DNA from: Acidimicrobiia bacterium
Lineage (GTDB): Bacteria; Actinomycetota; Acidimicrobiia; Spongiisociales; UBA5794
Direction: 5' to 3'
NCBI GenBank assembly: GCA_041608315.1
Contig: JBFISZ010000003.1
Span: forward strand, 1-36,925
Length of the DNA stretch: 36,925 nucleotides
How positions within the stretch are numbered: the first letter of the stretch is position 1; the number at the start of each line of letters is the position of its first letter. The notes beneath the pieces were generated by a model that was not told the DNA's origin, searched no databases, and saw nothing but the letters and a program-made list of their open reading frames with translations. This document shows, piece after piece, positions 19,042 through 27,970 of the stretch. The translations under genes were made by a program, and so were the position numbers.

Positions 19042-19436
19042 CGTCTCGCCCGATCCGGGTGCTCATGGCCAAGCCGGGCCTCGACGGCCACGATGTGGGC
19101 GTCAAGGTCGTGTGCCGGGCGCTCATGGACGCCGGCATGGAGGTGATCTACACCGGTCTGCGCAGCTCGCCGGCGGCCATCGCGGCAGCCGCCGCCGATG
19201 AAGATCCCGACGTTGTCGGGCTGTCGGTGCTGTCCGGCGCCCATCTGCCGCTGGCGGCGAAGGTGGTCGACGAACTGGCCAAGCTTCAGGTCGACGGTGT
19301 GCTGCTGCTCGCCGGGGGCAACATCCCGGCCCAGGATCACGACGCCTTGCGCCAGCTCGGATTCGGCGGCATCTTCCCCACCGGAAGCCCCCTCGACGAG
19401 ATCGTGGGCTATATCGAGCAGGAGGTGCCTCGATGA
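19038..19436 (+). CDS. Cobalamin-binding small subunit of an acyl-CoA mutase (IaaGH-like)
   Basis: KPGLDGHDVG (DxHxxG), VGLSVLSGAH and GGNIP. ATGA overlaps on both sides. Confidence 0.9.
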   Translation: MTSRPIRVLMAKPGLDGHDVGVKVVCRALMDAGMEVIYTGLRSSPAAIAAAAADEDPDVVGLSVLSGAHLPLAAKVVDELAKLQVDGVLLLAGGNIPAQDHDALRQLGFGGIFPTGSPLDEIVGYIEQEVPR

Positions 19437-21034
19437 GTAGCCGGGAGCCGGACCGGGTCGAATGGGAGTCGGGACTCGAGGTCAAGGTCGTCTACGGTCC
19501 CGAAGACGTCACCGGCTCCGGTGGCGATGCCGGGATCGGCCGCCCCGGCGAGTACCCGTTCACACGAGGCATTCACCCGTCCATGTACCGCTCCCGCCCG
19601 TTCACGATGCGCCAGTACTCGGGCTTTGGGACCGCAGCCGAGACCCATGAGCGGTTCCTGTTCCTGATCGAGCAGGGCAACACCGGGCTCAACGTCGCGT
19701 TCGACCTGCCAACCCAATGCGGGCTCGATTCCGACGATCCGATGGCCGAGGGTGAGGTGGGCCGCGTCGGAATGGCCGTGGATTCGCTGGCCGACATGGA
19801 GGAAGCCTTCGCCGACATCCCGCTGAACGAGATCACCGTATCGCTAACCATCAACGGGGCGGCGGTGCCGATCCTCGCCATGTATTTCGCCATGGCCCGC
19901 AAGCGGGACTACGACCTGGCGACACTGCGGGGTAACTCGCAAAACGACATCCTCAAGGAGTTCATCGGGCGGGGCACGTGGATTTTCCCAGTCGAGGCGT
20001 CGATCAAGCTGGTGGGCGACACCATCGAGTACTGCGCCCAGAACGCTCCCCGCTACAGCCCCGTCAGTGTTTGCGGCTACCACATCCGCGAGTCGGGAGC
20101 CACGCCGGCCCAGGAAATGGCCTACGGGCTAGCCATTGCCAGGGCGTACCTCGACCATTCGCTCGAGCGGGGTCTCGACGCCAACCGGGTTGCCCGCGGC
20201 CTCACGTTCAACTTCGACGTGTTCGGGAACCTGTGGGAGCAGGTCTGCAAGTTCCGGGCCGGCCGGAGGCTGTGGGCCAAGATCCTCAAGGAACAGTACG
20301 GGGTGACGGACCCCAAGGCGATGCACATGCGAATGATTGCCGGCGGCGGCGGGGGCGGCCTGACGATCGAGCAGCCCGAGAACAACATCATGCGCGGCGC
20401 CTACTACGCCCTGGCGAGTGCACTGTCCGGCACTCAGACGATGGCGCTGTGCAGCTATGACGAGGCGTACACGATCCCGACCGAGCATGCCGCCAAGCTC
20501 TCGCTGCGCACGATGCAGCTCCTGGTTCACGAGGTGGGGCTGGCCGACACGGTCGACCCCCTGGCGGGCTCCTACTTCATCGAGACCATGACCAACGAGA
20601 TGGAAGCCGAGATGGTGCGGCTCATGAGCAAACTCGATGCCGAGGGCGGCATCGTCGCCGCCGTGGCGGAAGGTCGGATCCAAGCCGAAGTCAACCGCCA
20701 GGCCTATGAACGGGAACGCCGTATCGCCGGCGGCGCAGTCAAGAAAGTGGGCGTGAACATCTACCGCGAGGAGGAGGCGGAACGGGCCGTCGCGATGCAC
20801 CCCTACCGGCGGGAGGAGGCCGATGCCCAGCTCGACCGTCTCCGGGCGATCCGAGCCGGGCGCGATGCGGCGGCCGTTGCCACGGCGCTCGATGAGCTGC
20901 GGGCCGCGGCGGGCGAGGGCCGCAACGTCATGCCGGCAGCCATCGATGCGGTCGAGGCATATGCAACGGTCGGGGAGGTCTGCGCCGCGCTTCGCGACGT
21001 CTTCGGGACGTACAACGAGCCGATCCTCTTCTGA
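19433..21034 (+). CDS. Methylmalonyl-CoA-mutase-family large subunit; probable (2-aminophenyl)succinyl-CoA mutase
   Basis: PGEYPFTRGIH, MRQYSGFG, AFDLPTQ, QNDILKE, GYHIRE, YDEA and DPLAGSY. Confidence 0.88.
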   Translation: MSSREPDRVEWESGLEVKVVYGPEDVTGSGGDAGIGRPGEYPFTRGIHPSMYRSRPFTMRQYSGFGTAAETHERFLFLIEQGNTGLNVAFDLPTQCGLDSDDPMAEGEVGRVGMAVDSLADMEEAFADIPLNEITVSLTINGAAVPILAMYFAMARKRDYDLATLRGNSQNDILKEFIGRGTWIFPVEASIKLVGDTIEYCAQNAPRYSPVSVCGYHIRESGATPAQEMAYGLAIARAYLDHSLERGLDANRVARGLTFNFDVFGNLWEQVCKFRAGRRLWAKILKEQYGVTDPKAMHMRMIAGGGGGGLTIEQPENNIMRGAYYALASALSGTQTMALCSYDEAYTIPTEHAAKLSLRTMQLLVHEVGLADTVDPLAGSYFIETMTNEMEAEMVRLMSKLDAEGGIVAAVAEGRIQAEVNRQAYERERRIAGGAVKKVGVNIYREEEAERAVAMHPYRREEADAQLDRLRAIRAGRDAAAVATALDELRAAAGEGRNVMPAAIDAVEAYATVGEVCAALRDVFGTYNEPILF

Positions 21035-21038
21035 TGCG

Positions 21039-22244
21039 ATGAACGATCGACCCATCGTGATCAGCCTCGAGCAGGCGCTGAGCATGCCCTACGGAACCCT
21101 GCGCTTCGTGCACCTCGGCTGGAGGGTGATTCGCGTCGAGTCGACACCGCGGCCGGGACAGCGCGCCCGTGGCGACCCCAACCGCTACATCGGCCGACCT
21201 GTTGGTGGCGACGATCGCCACAGCTACTACGTGGCACCCAACGTGGGCAAGGAGGCGATCGCCCTCAACCTGAAGGACCCGGAGGGGCGGGCCGCCCTCC
21301 ACCGGTTGATCAAGGAGCTCGCAGTGGACGTGGTGTGCACCAACACGATGCCGGCCCGCCATGTGGAGCTCGGCATCGACTACGCGACTCTGCACTCGAT
21401 CCATCCCGCTGTTATCTGGTGCGCGATCTCGGCTATGGGTCTCGACTACCCCGACGTTCCCGGATACGATCCGGTCACCCAAGCCCAGGTCGGCTTCATG
21501 GATCTCACCGGGGAGCGGGACGGGCCGCCCACTCAATGTGGGCCCCCGCTCACCGACCTGAAGGCGGGCGACGAAGCTTTTGCGCAGGTGCTGCTGGCGA
21601 TGCTCGAAAGGGAACGAACCGGCCGCGGCAAGATGATTGACATCGCGATGGCCCAGGCCGCCGCCTCGTGGCTGCACACCTTCACGCCGTTGCTCGACAT
21701 GGGCAGCGCCCCCGAGGAGCTGAGACGCAACGGCAACCGCCACCGCCAGTTCTTTCCTGTGAACGCCTACGCGACGGCCGACGGGTTCATCTATCTGGCC
21801 ATCGGCAGTGACGCCCAGTGGGCCCGGTTTGTCGCCCAGCCCATGTTTGCCGCGTTGGCCGAACGACGCTTCGAGAGCAACGAAGGCCGTCGCGCCGGGC
21901 AGGACGACCTCCACCGCCTGATCGGTGAAGTCATCGCGCAGCACGACAGCGATCGGGTGGCCGCCGCGCTCGATGCCGCCACCATCCCCAATTCGCCGAT
22001 AACGGCGATCGAGGACGTTGGCGACCTTCCCTTCGTGCGAGACACTGCGCTGCACACCGAGACGCCCGCCGGCCACCGCGTCCGCCTCCCGCCGCCCGCC
22101 GTCGCAGTGCCTCATCTAGAGGACCTCGGCAGGAAGCTCCCGTTCCCGCCGGCATACGGTGAACACACCGATGCGATACTGGCGGAAGCCGGGTTCACGC
22201 CAAGCGAGCTGACGGGTTTGCGCGAGCATGGAGTCATAGCCTGA
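21039..22244 (+). CDS. iaaL: Family III (CaiB/BaiF) CoA transferase; phenylsuccinyl-CoA transferase-like
   Basis: LEQALSMP, VIRVES, NVGKEAIALNLK, PGYD, GFMDLTG and PPAYGEHT. Specific name from context. Confidence 0.75.
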   Translation: MNDRPIVISLEQALSMPYGTLRFVHLGWRVIRVESTPRPGQRARGDPNRYIGRPVGGDDRHSYYVAPNVGKEAIALNLKDPEGRAALHRLIKELAVDVVCTNTMPARHVELGIDYATLHSIHPAVIWCAISAMGLDYPDVPGYDPVTQAQVGFMDLTGERDGPPTQCGPPLTDLKAGDEAFAQVLLAMLERERTGRGKMIDIAMAQAAASWLHTFTPLLDMGSAPEELRRNGNRHRQFFPVNAYATADGFIYLAIGSDAQWARFVAQPMFAALAERRFESNEGRRAGQDDLHRLIGEVIAQHDSDRVAAALDAATIPNSPITAIEDVGDLPFVRDTALHTETPAGHRVRLPPPAVAVPHLEDLGRKLPFPPAYGEHTDAILAEAGFTPSELTGLREHGVIA

Positions 22245-23101
22245 TGAGATTCGAGTACTACCAGCCGAGCACGACGGCCGAGGCCCTCGAGCTGGCGGCG
22301 CGTTTTCCCGATGCCGAGATCATCGCCGGCGGCACCGATCTGATGGTGCGCCTCAACAAGACGCGTCGTCGCCCGCCGGCCCTGATCTCTCTGCGTCGCG
22401 TTCGAGAGCTGGCTCACATCGAGAACGGCGCCGGGCTGCGCATCGGTGCCGCGGTCCCACTCCGAGACGTGGCCGCCCACCCTGCCGTGACGGCCGGCTA
22501 CCCGGCTCTGGTCGATGCCATCCGGGTGTTCGGTAGTCCCCAGATCCGCAATATGGCGACCCTCGCCGGCAACCTGTGCAACGCCTCCCCGGGGGCAGAC
22601 TGTGCCCCGCCGCTGCTGATATACGACGCAGTCGTCGAGCTGCGAAGCGCCGCCGGCGTGCGGGAGCTGACGATCGAGGATTTCATCCTCGGCCCGGGCG
22701 CAACCGCGCTGGAGGCGGGCGAGATCGTGACGGCCATCCGGCTGCCCCCACTGCCGCCGGACGCCCGCTCGATGTACCTCCGCAAGGGCCGGGTGCAGAT
22801 GGACCTGGCCATCACCGGTGTCGCGGCCCGCCTCGAGCTGGATGGAGCCATCTGTGTGGCAGCCCGGATCGCGGCCGGGGCGGTCGCTCCGGTGCCGCGG
22901 CGGCTGTCGCGGACCGAATCCGTGGTCGCCGGCGCCGCGGCCGGGGCGGAGACGTGGGCGCGAGCCCGAGCCGAGGCCCAGGACGAGATATCGCCGATAA
23001 GCGACGTGCGAGCCTCCGAGCAATACCGCCGCCACCTGACCGGTGTGCTCGTCGAACGCTCCCTGGCGCAACTCGCCTCAACCAGCGGAGGTGGAACGTG
23101 A
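22244..23101 (+). CDS. Xanthine-dehydrogenase-family FAD subunit (IaaIJK-like indoleacetate hydroxylase)
   Basis: AGGTDL, QIRNMATLAGNLCNASPGAD and SDVRASEQYR; no 4Fe-4S insert. Confidence 0.88.
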   Translation: MRFEYYQPSTTAEALELAARFPDAEIIAGGTDLMVRLNKTRRRPPALISLRRVRELAHIENGAGLRIGAAVPLRDVAAHPAVTAGYPALVDAIRVFGSPQIRNMATLAGNLCNASPGADCAPPLLIYDAVVELRSAAGVRELTIEDFILGPGATALEAGEIVTAIRLPPLPPDARSMYLRKGRVQMDLAITGVAARLELDGAICVAARIAAGAVAPVPRRLSRTESVVAGAAAGAETWARARAEAQDEISPISDVRASEQYRRHLTGVLVERSLAQLASTSGGGT

Positions 23102-23583
23102 AAGTGGAGGTCGGCTTCCGGCTGAACGGCTATGAGGTGCGCGCCGAGGTCGAGCCCCATCGGCGGCTCCTCGATGTCCTGCGCGACACCCTGGGCGAGA
23201 CGGGCACCAAGGAAGGGTGCGGCGAAGGGGAGTGCGGTGCCTGCACGGTGCTGGTCGACGGCGCTGCCGTGAACTCCTGCCTCTTCCCGGTGTGCGAAGC
23301 CGCCGGGACGGCGGTGACAACGGTCGAAGGACTCGCCACGGCGAGCGGATCACTGTCGCCGCTTCAGCGGGCCTTTCTGGATCACGGCGGCGCTCAGTGC
23401 GGGTTCTGCACTCCCGGCATCGTGATGGCGGGCGTGGCTCTACTCGCCGAGAATCCCAATCCGAGCGACGCCGAGATCCGCTATGCGCTGACAGGAAACC
23501 TGTGCCGCTGCACCGGGTACATCCAGATCCTCGACGCAATCCGGACGGCGGCCCTCGTGACGCGGGGCGGCTCGAGTGACTGA
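23098..23583 (+). CDS. Xanthine-dehydrogenase-family 2x[2Fe-2S] subunit
   Basis: GTKEGCGEGECGACTV, QCGFCTPG and GNLCRCTGY. GTGA overlap with the FAD subunit. Confidence 0.9.
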   Translation: MKVEVGFRLNGYEVRAEVEPHRRLLDVLRDTLGETGTKEGCGEGECGACTVLVDGAAVNSCLFPVCEAAGTAVTTVEGLATASGSLSPLQRAFLDHGGAQCGFCTPGIVMAGVALLAENPNPSDAEIRYALTGNLCRCTGYIQILDAIRTAALVTRGGSSD

Positions 23584-25969
23584 GCTGCGCCACATTGGCC
23601 GGGATGTCGCTCGCCCCGACGGCGCCGACAAGGTGGGCGGCAGAGCGCGGTACATCAGCGACATCACACGCCCGGGCATGCTCCACGGGGCGATCAAGTT
23701 CAGCGAACACGCCCACGCCCGAATCGTCGGCATCGATACCTCACGAGCGGAGCGGCTGGCCGGCGTACGGGCGGTCATCACCGGCGACGACGTGCCCGAG
23801 GTGCGTTTCGGTTTCTTGCGCGACAACCTGGCGCTGAAGAAGGGCAAGGTTCGCCAGTTCCGCGATGAGATCGCCGCGGTTGCCGCCATCGACCCGGATG
23901 TGGCGCGAGAGGCGATCGACCTGATCGACGTCGAGTACGAGCCGCTACCGGCCCTCTTCGCGCCCGAGGAGGCCCTGGCCGACGGGGCCGTCCTCATCCA
24001 TGAGACGGACGCGGCCGGCCGGCCCGCCACCTCCAACTTGGTACCGGCGCTGTGTCGCCACAGCTCCGGCGATCTCGACGCGGGCAAGCGTGCCTCCCGT
24101 TTCGTGGTGGAAGGCTTGTACACGGTTCCGCGCATTCAACAGGCCTGTATGGGGACGGCCGGGTGCATCGCCGAGTTCGACCTCAACGGCAACCTCACGG
24201 TCACGGCCAAGACGCAGATCCCCTTCCTGGCACAGCGCGACTTCACCAACGCTCTGCGAGCGCTCGGGATGACGGGCAAGAGTGTCCGGGTGGTTGTTCC
24301 GGCCGTCGGCGGGGCCTTTGGTACGGGGCTCGACACCCACGCCTATGAGTACATCTCGATCCTGTTGGCTTGGCGCACCGGCAAACCGGTCAAGATCCTC
24401 TATGACCGCCACGAGGAGTTCGCCTACCTATCTCCCCGCCAATCGGCCGAGCTGTTCATCCGGCAGGGTTGTGACGAGAACGGCAAGCTGACCTTCCGCG
24501 AGATCGAGGTCACCCAGGACAACGGGGCCTACGTCTCATGGGGTGCCACCTATCCGAATGTCATGCTGGTGGCCGCCACTTCGCTCCATCGGGTGCCCAA
24601 CATCCGCTTCGACGCCAAGATCGACTACACCAACAACACGTACTGCCAAGCCATGCGCGGCTACGGCAACCCCGAGGTGACTTGGCCTATCGAGTCGAGC
24701 CTCGACGACCTGGCCGCCGCTGCCGGAATCGATCCGTACCAGATGCGGCTGCTGAACTGCAACGAGCCCGGAGACCTGACACCGATGGGCCTCGATCTGC
24801 AGACGTGCGGCCTGCGCGAATGCCTCGAGAAGACGGCGGCGACCCTCGCCTGGGAGCGGACGAGGAGTGAGCCCCGCCCGCGCGGACGCGGTGTTGGGAT
24901 GGCGGCTCTGATCAACGTGGGCGGTGGCGGCAAGATCTATCGCTCGGACGGCAGCGGGATCATCCTCAAGCTGGACGATTTCGGAAATGTCAACGTCAGC
25001 TACGGCGGCGTCGAGATGGGCCAGGGCCTGCATTCCGCCCTGACGCTGATGGTTGCCGAAGCGGTCGGCGTCCTGCCGGAGCGGGTGATCATCAACCAGA
25101 CCGACACGGCCACGTCGCCATGGGACGTCGGCACCCATGCCAGCCGGGGGGCCTTCATGGCCGGCAACGCGGCGCGTGCTGCCGGCGCCAAGCTCCGGGA
25201 TCGGATCTTCGCGCTCGCCGAAGAGATCTATCCGCTCGAGGTGGAGCGCAACCTGGCGGCCCTCGGAGAGGGGGAAGGCCTCGACGAGTTCGACTTCCGG
25301 TCCGTCACCCGTGACGGGTTCGACCTGCAGGATGGATGGATCTTCTGCAAGGACGCCGGCGAGGAGCCATGGCTGCGAGTCGAGCTGGGACGCTTCCTGC
25401 GGTCCGCCCACTTCGCCAAGCAGGGTGGCGACGGAACGATATTCACCGAAGAGGCTTTCTACGAGCCGCCGACGGATCTGCCCGACTGGGAGGAGGGGTA
25501 CGGCAACATGTCGGCGGCATACACCTTTGGCGTCCAGGGCGTCGAGGTGGAGGTCGATGAGGACACCGGCGAGGTGACCATCTTGCGGCTGGTGGCCGTG
25601 ACCGACGCCGGGCGGGTGTTGAGCCGCCAGGCCGCAGAAGGCCAGCTCTACGGCGGTATCGTCCAGGGCGTGGGCTATGCACTGTACGAAGAGGTGATCA
25701 GTGCCGAAGGCCGGATCCTCAACCCCGGCTTCACCGACTACAAGATCCCGACCGCCGCCGACATCGCGTTCCCCATCGATTTGCAGTGGGTCGAGACGAA
25801 TGACCCCGAAGGCCCCTTTGGGGCCAAAGGGCTGGGCGAGGCGGGGATCGTGCCGACGGCGCCGGCCATAGCCAACGCCATCTACGACGCAGTGGGCGTG
25901 CGGATCCGAGACCTTCCGATCACGCCGGAGAAGGTTGTCCAAGCGCTCGCCGCCAAGGTGGGGGAGTGA
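23576..25969 (+). CDS. Xanthine-dehydrogenase-family molybdopterin subunit (IaaIJK-like)
   Basis: SEHAHA, GGAFG, AMRGYG, EMGQG, HASR and GAKGLGE with the catalytic Glu kept. Confidence 0.9.
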   Translation: MTELRHIGRDVARPDGADKVGGRARYISDITRPGMLHGAIKFSEHAHARIVGIDTSRAERLAGVRAVITGDDVPEVRFGFLRDNLALKKGKVRQFRDEIAAVAAIDPDVAREAIDLIDVEYEPLPALFAPEEALADGAVLIHETDAAGRPATSNLVPALCRHSSGDLDAGKRASRFVVEGLYTVPRIQQACMGTAGCIAEFDLNGNLTVTAKTQIPFLAQRDFTNALRALGMTGKSVRVVVPAVGGAFGTGLDTHAYEYISILLAWRTGKPVKILYDRHEEFAYLSPRQSAELFIRQGCDENGKLTFREIEVTQDNGAYVSWGATYPNVMLVAATSLHRVPNIRFDAKIDYTNNTYCQAMRGYGNPEVTWPIESSLDDLAAAAGIDPYQMRLLNCNEPGDLTPMGLDLQTCGLRECLEKTAATLAWERTRSEPRPRGRGVGMAALINVGGGGKIYRSDGSGIILKLDDFGNVNVSYGGVEMGQGLHSALTLMVAEAVGVLPERVIINQTDTATSPWDVGTHASRGAFMAGNAARAAGAKLRDRIFALAEEIYPLEVERNLAALGEGEGLDEFDFRSVTRDGFDLQDGWIFCKDAGEEPWLRVELGRFLRSAHFAKQGGDGTIFTEEAFYEPPTDLPDWEEGYGNMSAAYTFGVQGVEVEVDEDTGEVTILRLVAVTDAGRVLSRQAAEGQLYGGIVQGVGYALYEEVISAEGRILNPGFTDYKIPTAADIAFPIDLQWVETNDPEGPFGAKGLGEAGIVPTAPAIANAIYDAVGVRIRDLPITPEKVVQALAAKVGE

Positions 25970-27966
25970 ATGTGCCCGAATACCAGAACCCGCTGCTGGC
26001 CGCTCCGGCCCGACCGCTTCCCGAGAGCGTGGCGATCGTCGGGGCCGGCACGATCGGTCCCGACATCGGCTATTACCTGAAGAGCAACATCGCCGATCTC
26101 GAGCTGGTGCTGGTCGACGTCGCCCAGGAGCCGCTCGACGCGGCGATGGCGCGGATCGCCGGCTACGTCGAAAAGGGCCTCGCCCGCAAGAAGCTCACCG
26201 CAGACCAGGCGGCGGGCGTTAGGCAGCAGCTGGTGCCGACACTCGACTACGACGCGATAGCCGGCTGCGATTGGGTCATCGAAGCCGCCACGGAGAACCT
26301 CGAGTTGAAACGCCGGATCTTCGGGCGCATCGAGGAGATCGTGAGCCCCGAGGCCCTCATCACGTCCAACACGAGCTCGCTGCCGGCGGCACGTCTCTTT
26401 GGGAAGCTGGCGCATCCGCAGCGGGCGACCGTCACTCACTTCTTCGCTCCGGCTTTCCGCAACCCCGCAGTGGAGATCGTCGATTGGGCGGGTGCCGATC
26501 CCGACACCACCGCATACCTTCGCTGGCTGTTCTGCATCACCGGCAAGGTGCCTCTGGTCACCGCCGACGTTGTGTGTTTCATGCTGGACCGGGTCTTCGA
26601 CAACTGGTGCAACGAAGCGGGCTACCTGCTCGATCAGGCGACGGCCGCCCAGATCGACCGCGTCGCCGAGGAGCTGGTGCACGCCGGCCCCTTCTTCGTT
26701 CTCAACCTGGCCAACGGCAACCCGATCATCATCGAGACCAACACCCTGCAGATGGAGGCCGAGGGCGAGCACTACCGGCCGGCGCCCGTATTCGGCTCAG
26801 TGGACCGCTGGTTGACGTCTTCTCAGGGCGCGGAGGTGGCCGTGGACGCTGCAGTAGCCGCAACGATTCGAGACCGGCTGTGCGGCGTGCTGCTGTCGCA
26901 ATCGCTGGACATCATCGATCGCAGCATCGGGACGGCCGCCGACCTCGAACTGGGATGCCAGCTCGCCCTCGGGTTCAAGAAAGGCCCGCAGCGGCTGATG
27001 GAGGAGCTGGGCGATGACGAGGCCCACCGCATACTCGAACGGTTTGCCGCCGAGCGGCCCGGCATGCCGATGCCGGCGCGGCCGCTCGCAGAGTATGCCG
27101 GCGAGCGGCGGCACGTCCTGGTGGACGAGGTCGACGGGGTCGTCGTGCTGACGATCCGCCGGCCGCAGGCGCTCAACGCGCTCGACGACGAGGTCACCGA
27201 CGAGTTGCTCGACGCCATATGTGAGCATGAGGCCGATCCGGCCGTCGCCGGTTTCGTGATAACCGGCTACGGGAACCGGGCTTTCTGCGCCGGGGCCGAC
27301 ATCGACCGCTTCCCGGCGATGCTCGGGCACGCGGATGTCGCAGCGCAGTACGCCCGCGACTGCTCGCGCCTCCTGGTGCACCTCGATGCCATGACCAAGC
27401 CGGTGGTGGCGGCGGTCAACGGGATGGCGCTCGGCGGTGGTCTCGAGTTGGCCCTGCGGTGCCACGGCGTCGTTGCGGTCGACGACGCATGGTTCCGGCT
27501 CCCGGAGGTCACGCTCGGTATCGCCCCGGGTATCGGAGCGTTGGTGGTTCCCTACCGGCGTTGGAGCAAGGCCGGCGCCACCTTCCATGAGATGCTGCGA
27601 TTGGGCAAGAGAGTCACTGCCGCCGAGGCGGTGGAGCTGGGGTTCGTCGACGAGCTGGTATCCGGTATCGGGTCGTTGACGGCGGCGGCGGTCGCACGAG
27701 TGCACGCACTCGCCGGCCGCGTTCCGTCCGTACCGGATGGACCGGTCGCCATCCCGCCGTTTGCGGAGCTCGAATCTGCGACTCTCGATGAGATGGGCGT
27801 GAGCCGCGAGGTCATCGATATCATTGAGCAAGCGATCCGCGAGGCGGCGGCCGCGGCGACGCTCGACGAGGCCCTCGAAGTTGGCTACCGAGCATTCGGG
27901 GCCACGGCGTGCACCGGCGCCGCCCGCGAGGGAATCACCGCATTTGTGTCGGGTGCGAAAGGTTGA
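25966..27966 (+). CDS. iaaP: 3-hydroxyacyl-CoA dehydrogenase / enoyl-CoA hydratase fusion
   Basis: N-terminal GAGTIG, IEAATENLELK, SNTSSL and HFF; C-terminal crotonase AFCAGAD, ALGGGLELA and LPEVTLG. Confidence 0.8.
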   Translation: MNVPEYQNPLLAAPARPLPESVAIVGAGTIGPDIGYYLKSNIADLELVLVDVAQEPLDAAMARIAGYVEKGLARKKLTADQAAGVRQQLVPTLDYDAIAGCDWVIEAATENLELKRRIFGRIEEIVSPEALITSNTSSLPAARLFGKLAHPQRATVTHFFAPAFRNPAVEIVDWAGADPDTTAYLRWLFCITGKVPLVTADVVCFMLDRVFDNWCNEAGYLLDQATAAQIDRVAEELVHAGPFFVLNLANGNPIIIETNTLQMEAEGEHYRPAPVFGSVDRWLTSSQGAEVAVDAAVAATIRDRLCGVLLSQSLDIIDRSIGTAADLELGCQLALGFKKGPQRLMEELGDDEAHRILERFAAERPGMPMPARPLAEYAGERRHVLVDEVDGVVVLTIRRPQALNALDDEVTDELLDAICEHEADPAVAGFVITGYGNRAFCAGADIDRFPAMLGHADVAAQYARDCSRLLVHLDAMTKPVVAAVNGMALGGGLELALRCHGVVAVDDAWFRLPEVTLGIAPGIGALVVPYRRWSKAGATFHEMLRLGKRVTAAEAVELGFVDELVSGIGSLTAAAVARVHALAGRVPSVPDGPVAIPPFAELESATLDEMGVSREVIDIIEQAIREAAAAATLDEALEVGYRAFGATACTGAAREGITAFVSGAKG

Positions 27967-27970
27967 GCCA

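Noticed and set aside
19038-21034. Housekeeping methylmalonyl-CoA mutase
   Set aside because: Active-site strands are altered, no epimerase or MeaB gene is nearby, and the pair is embedded in an iaa-like operon.
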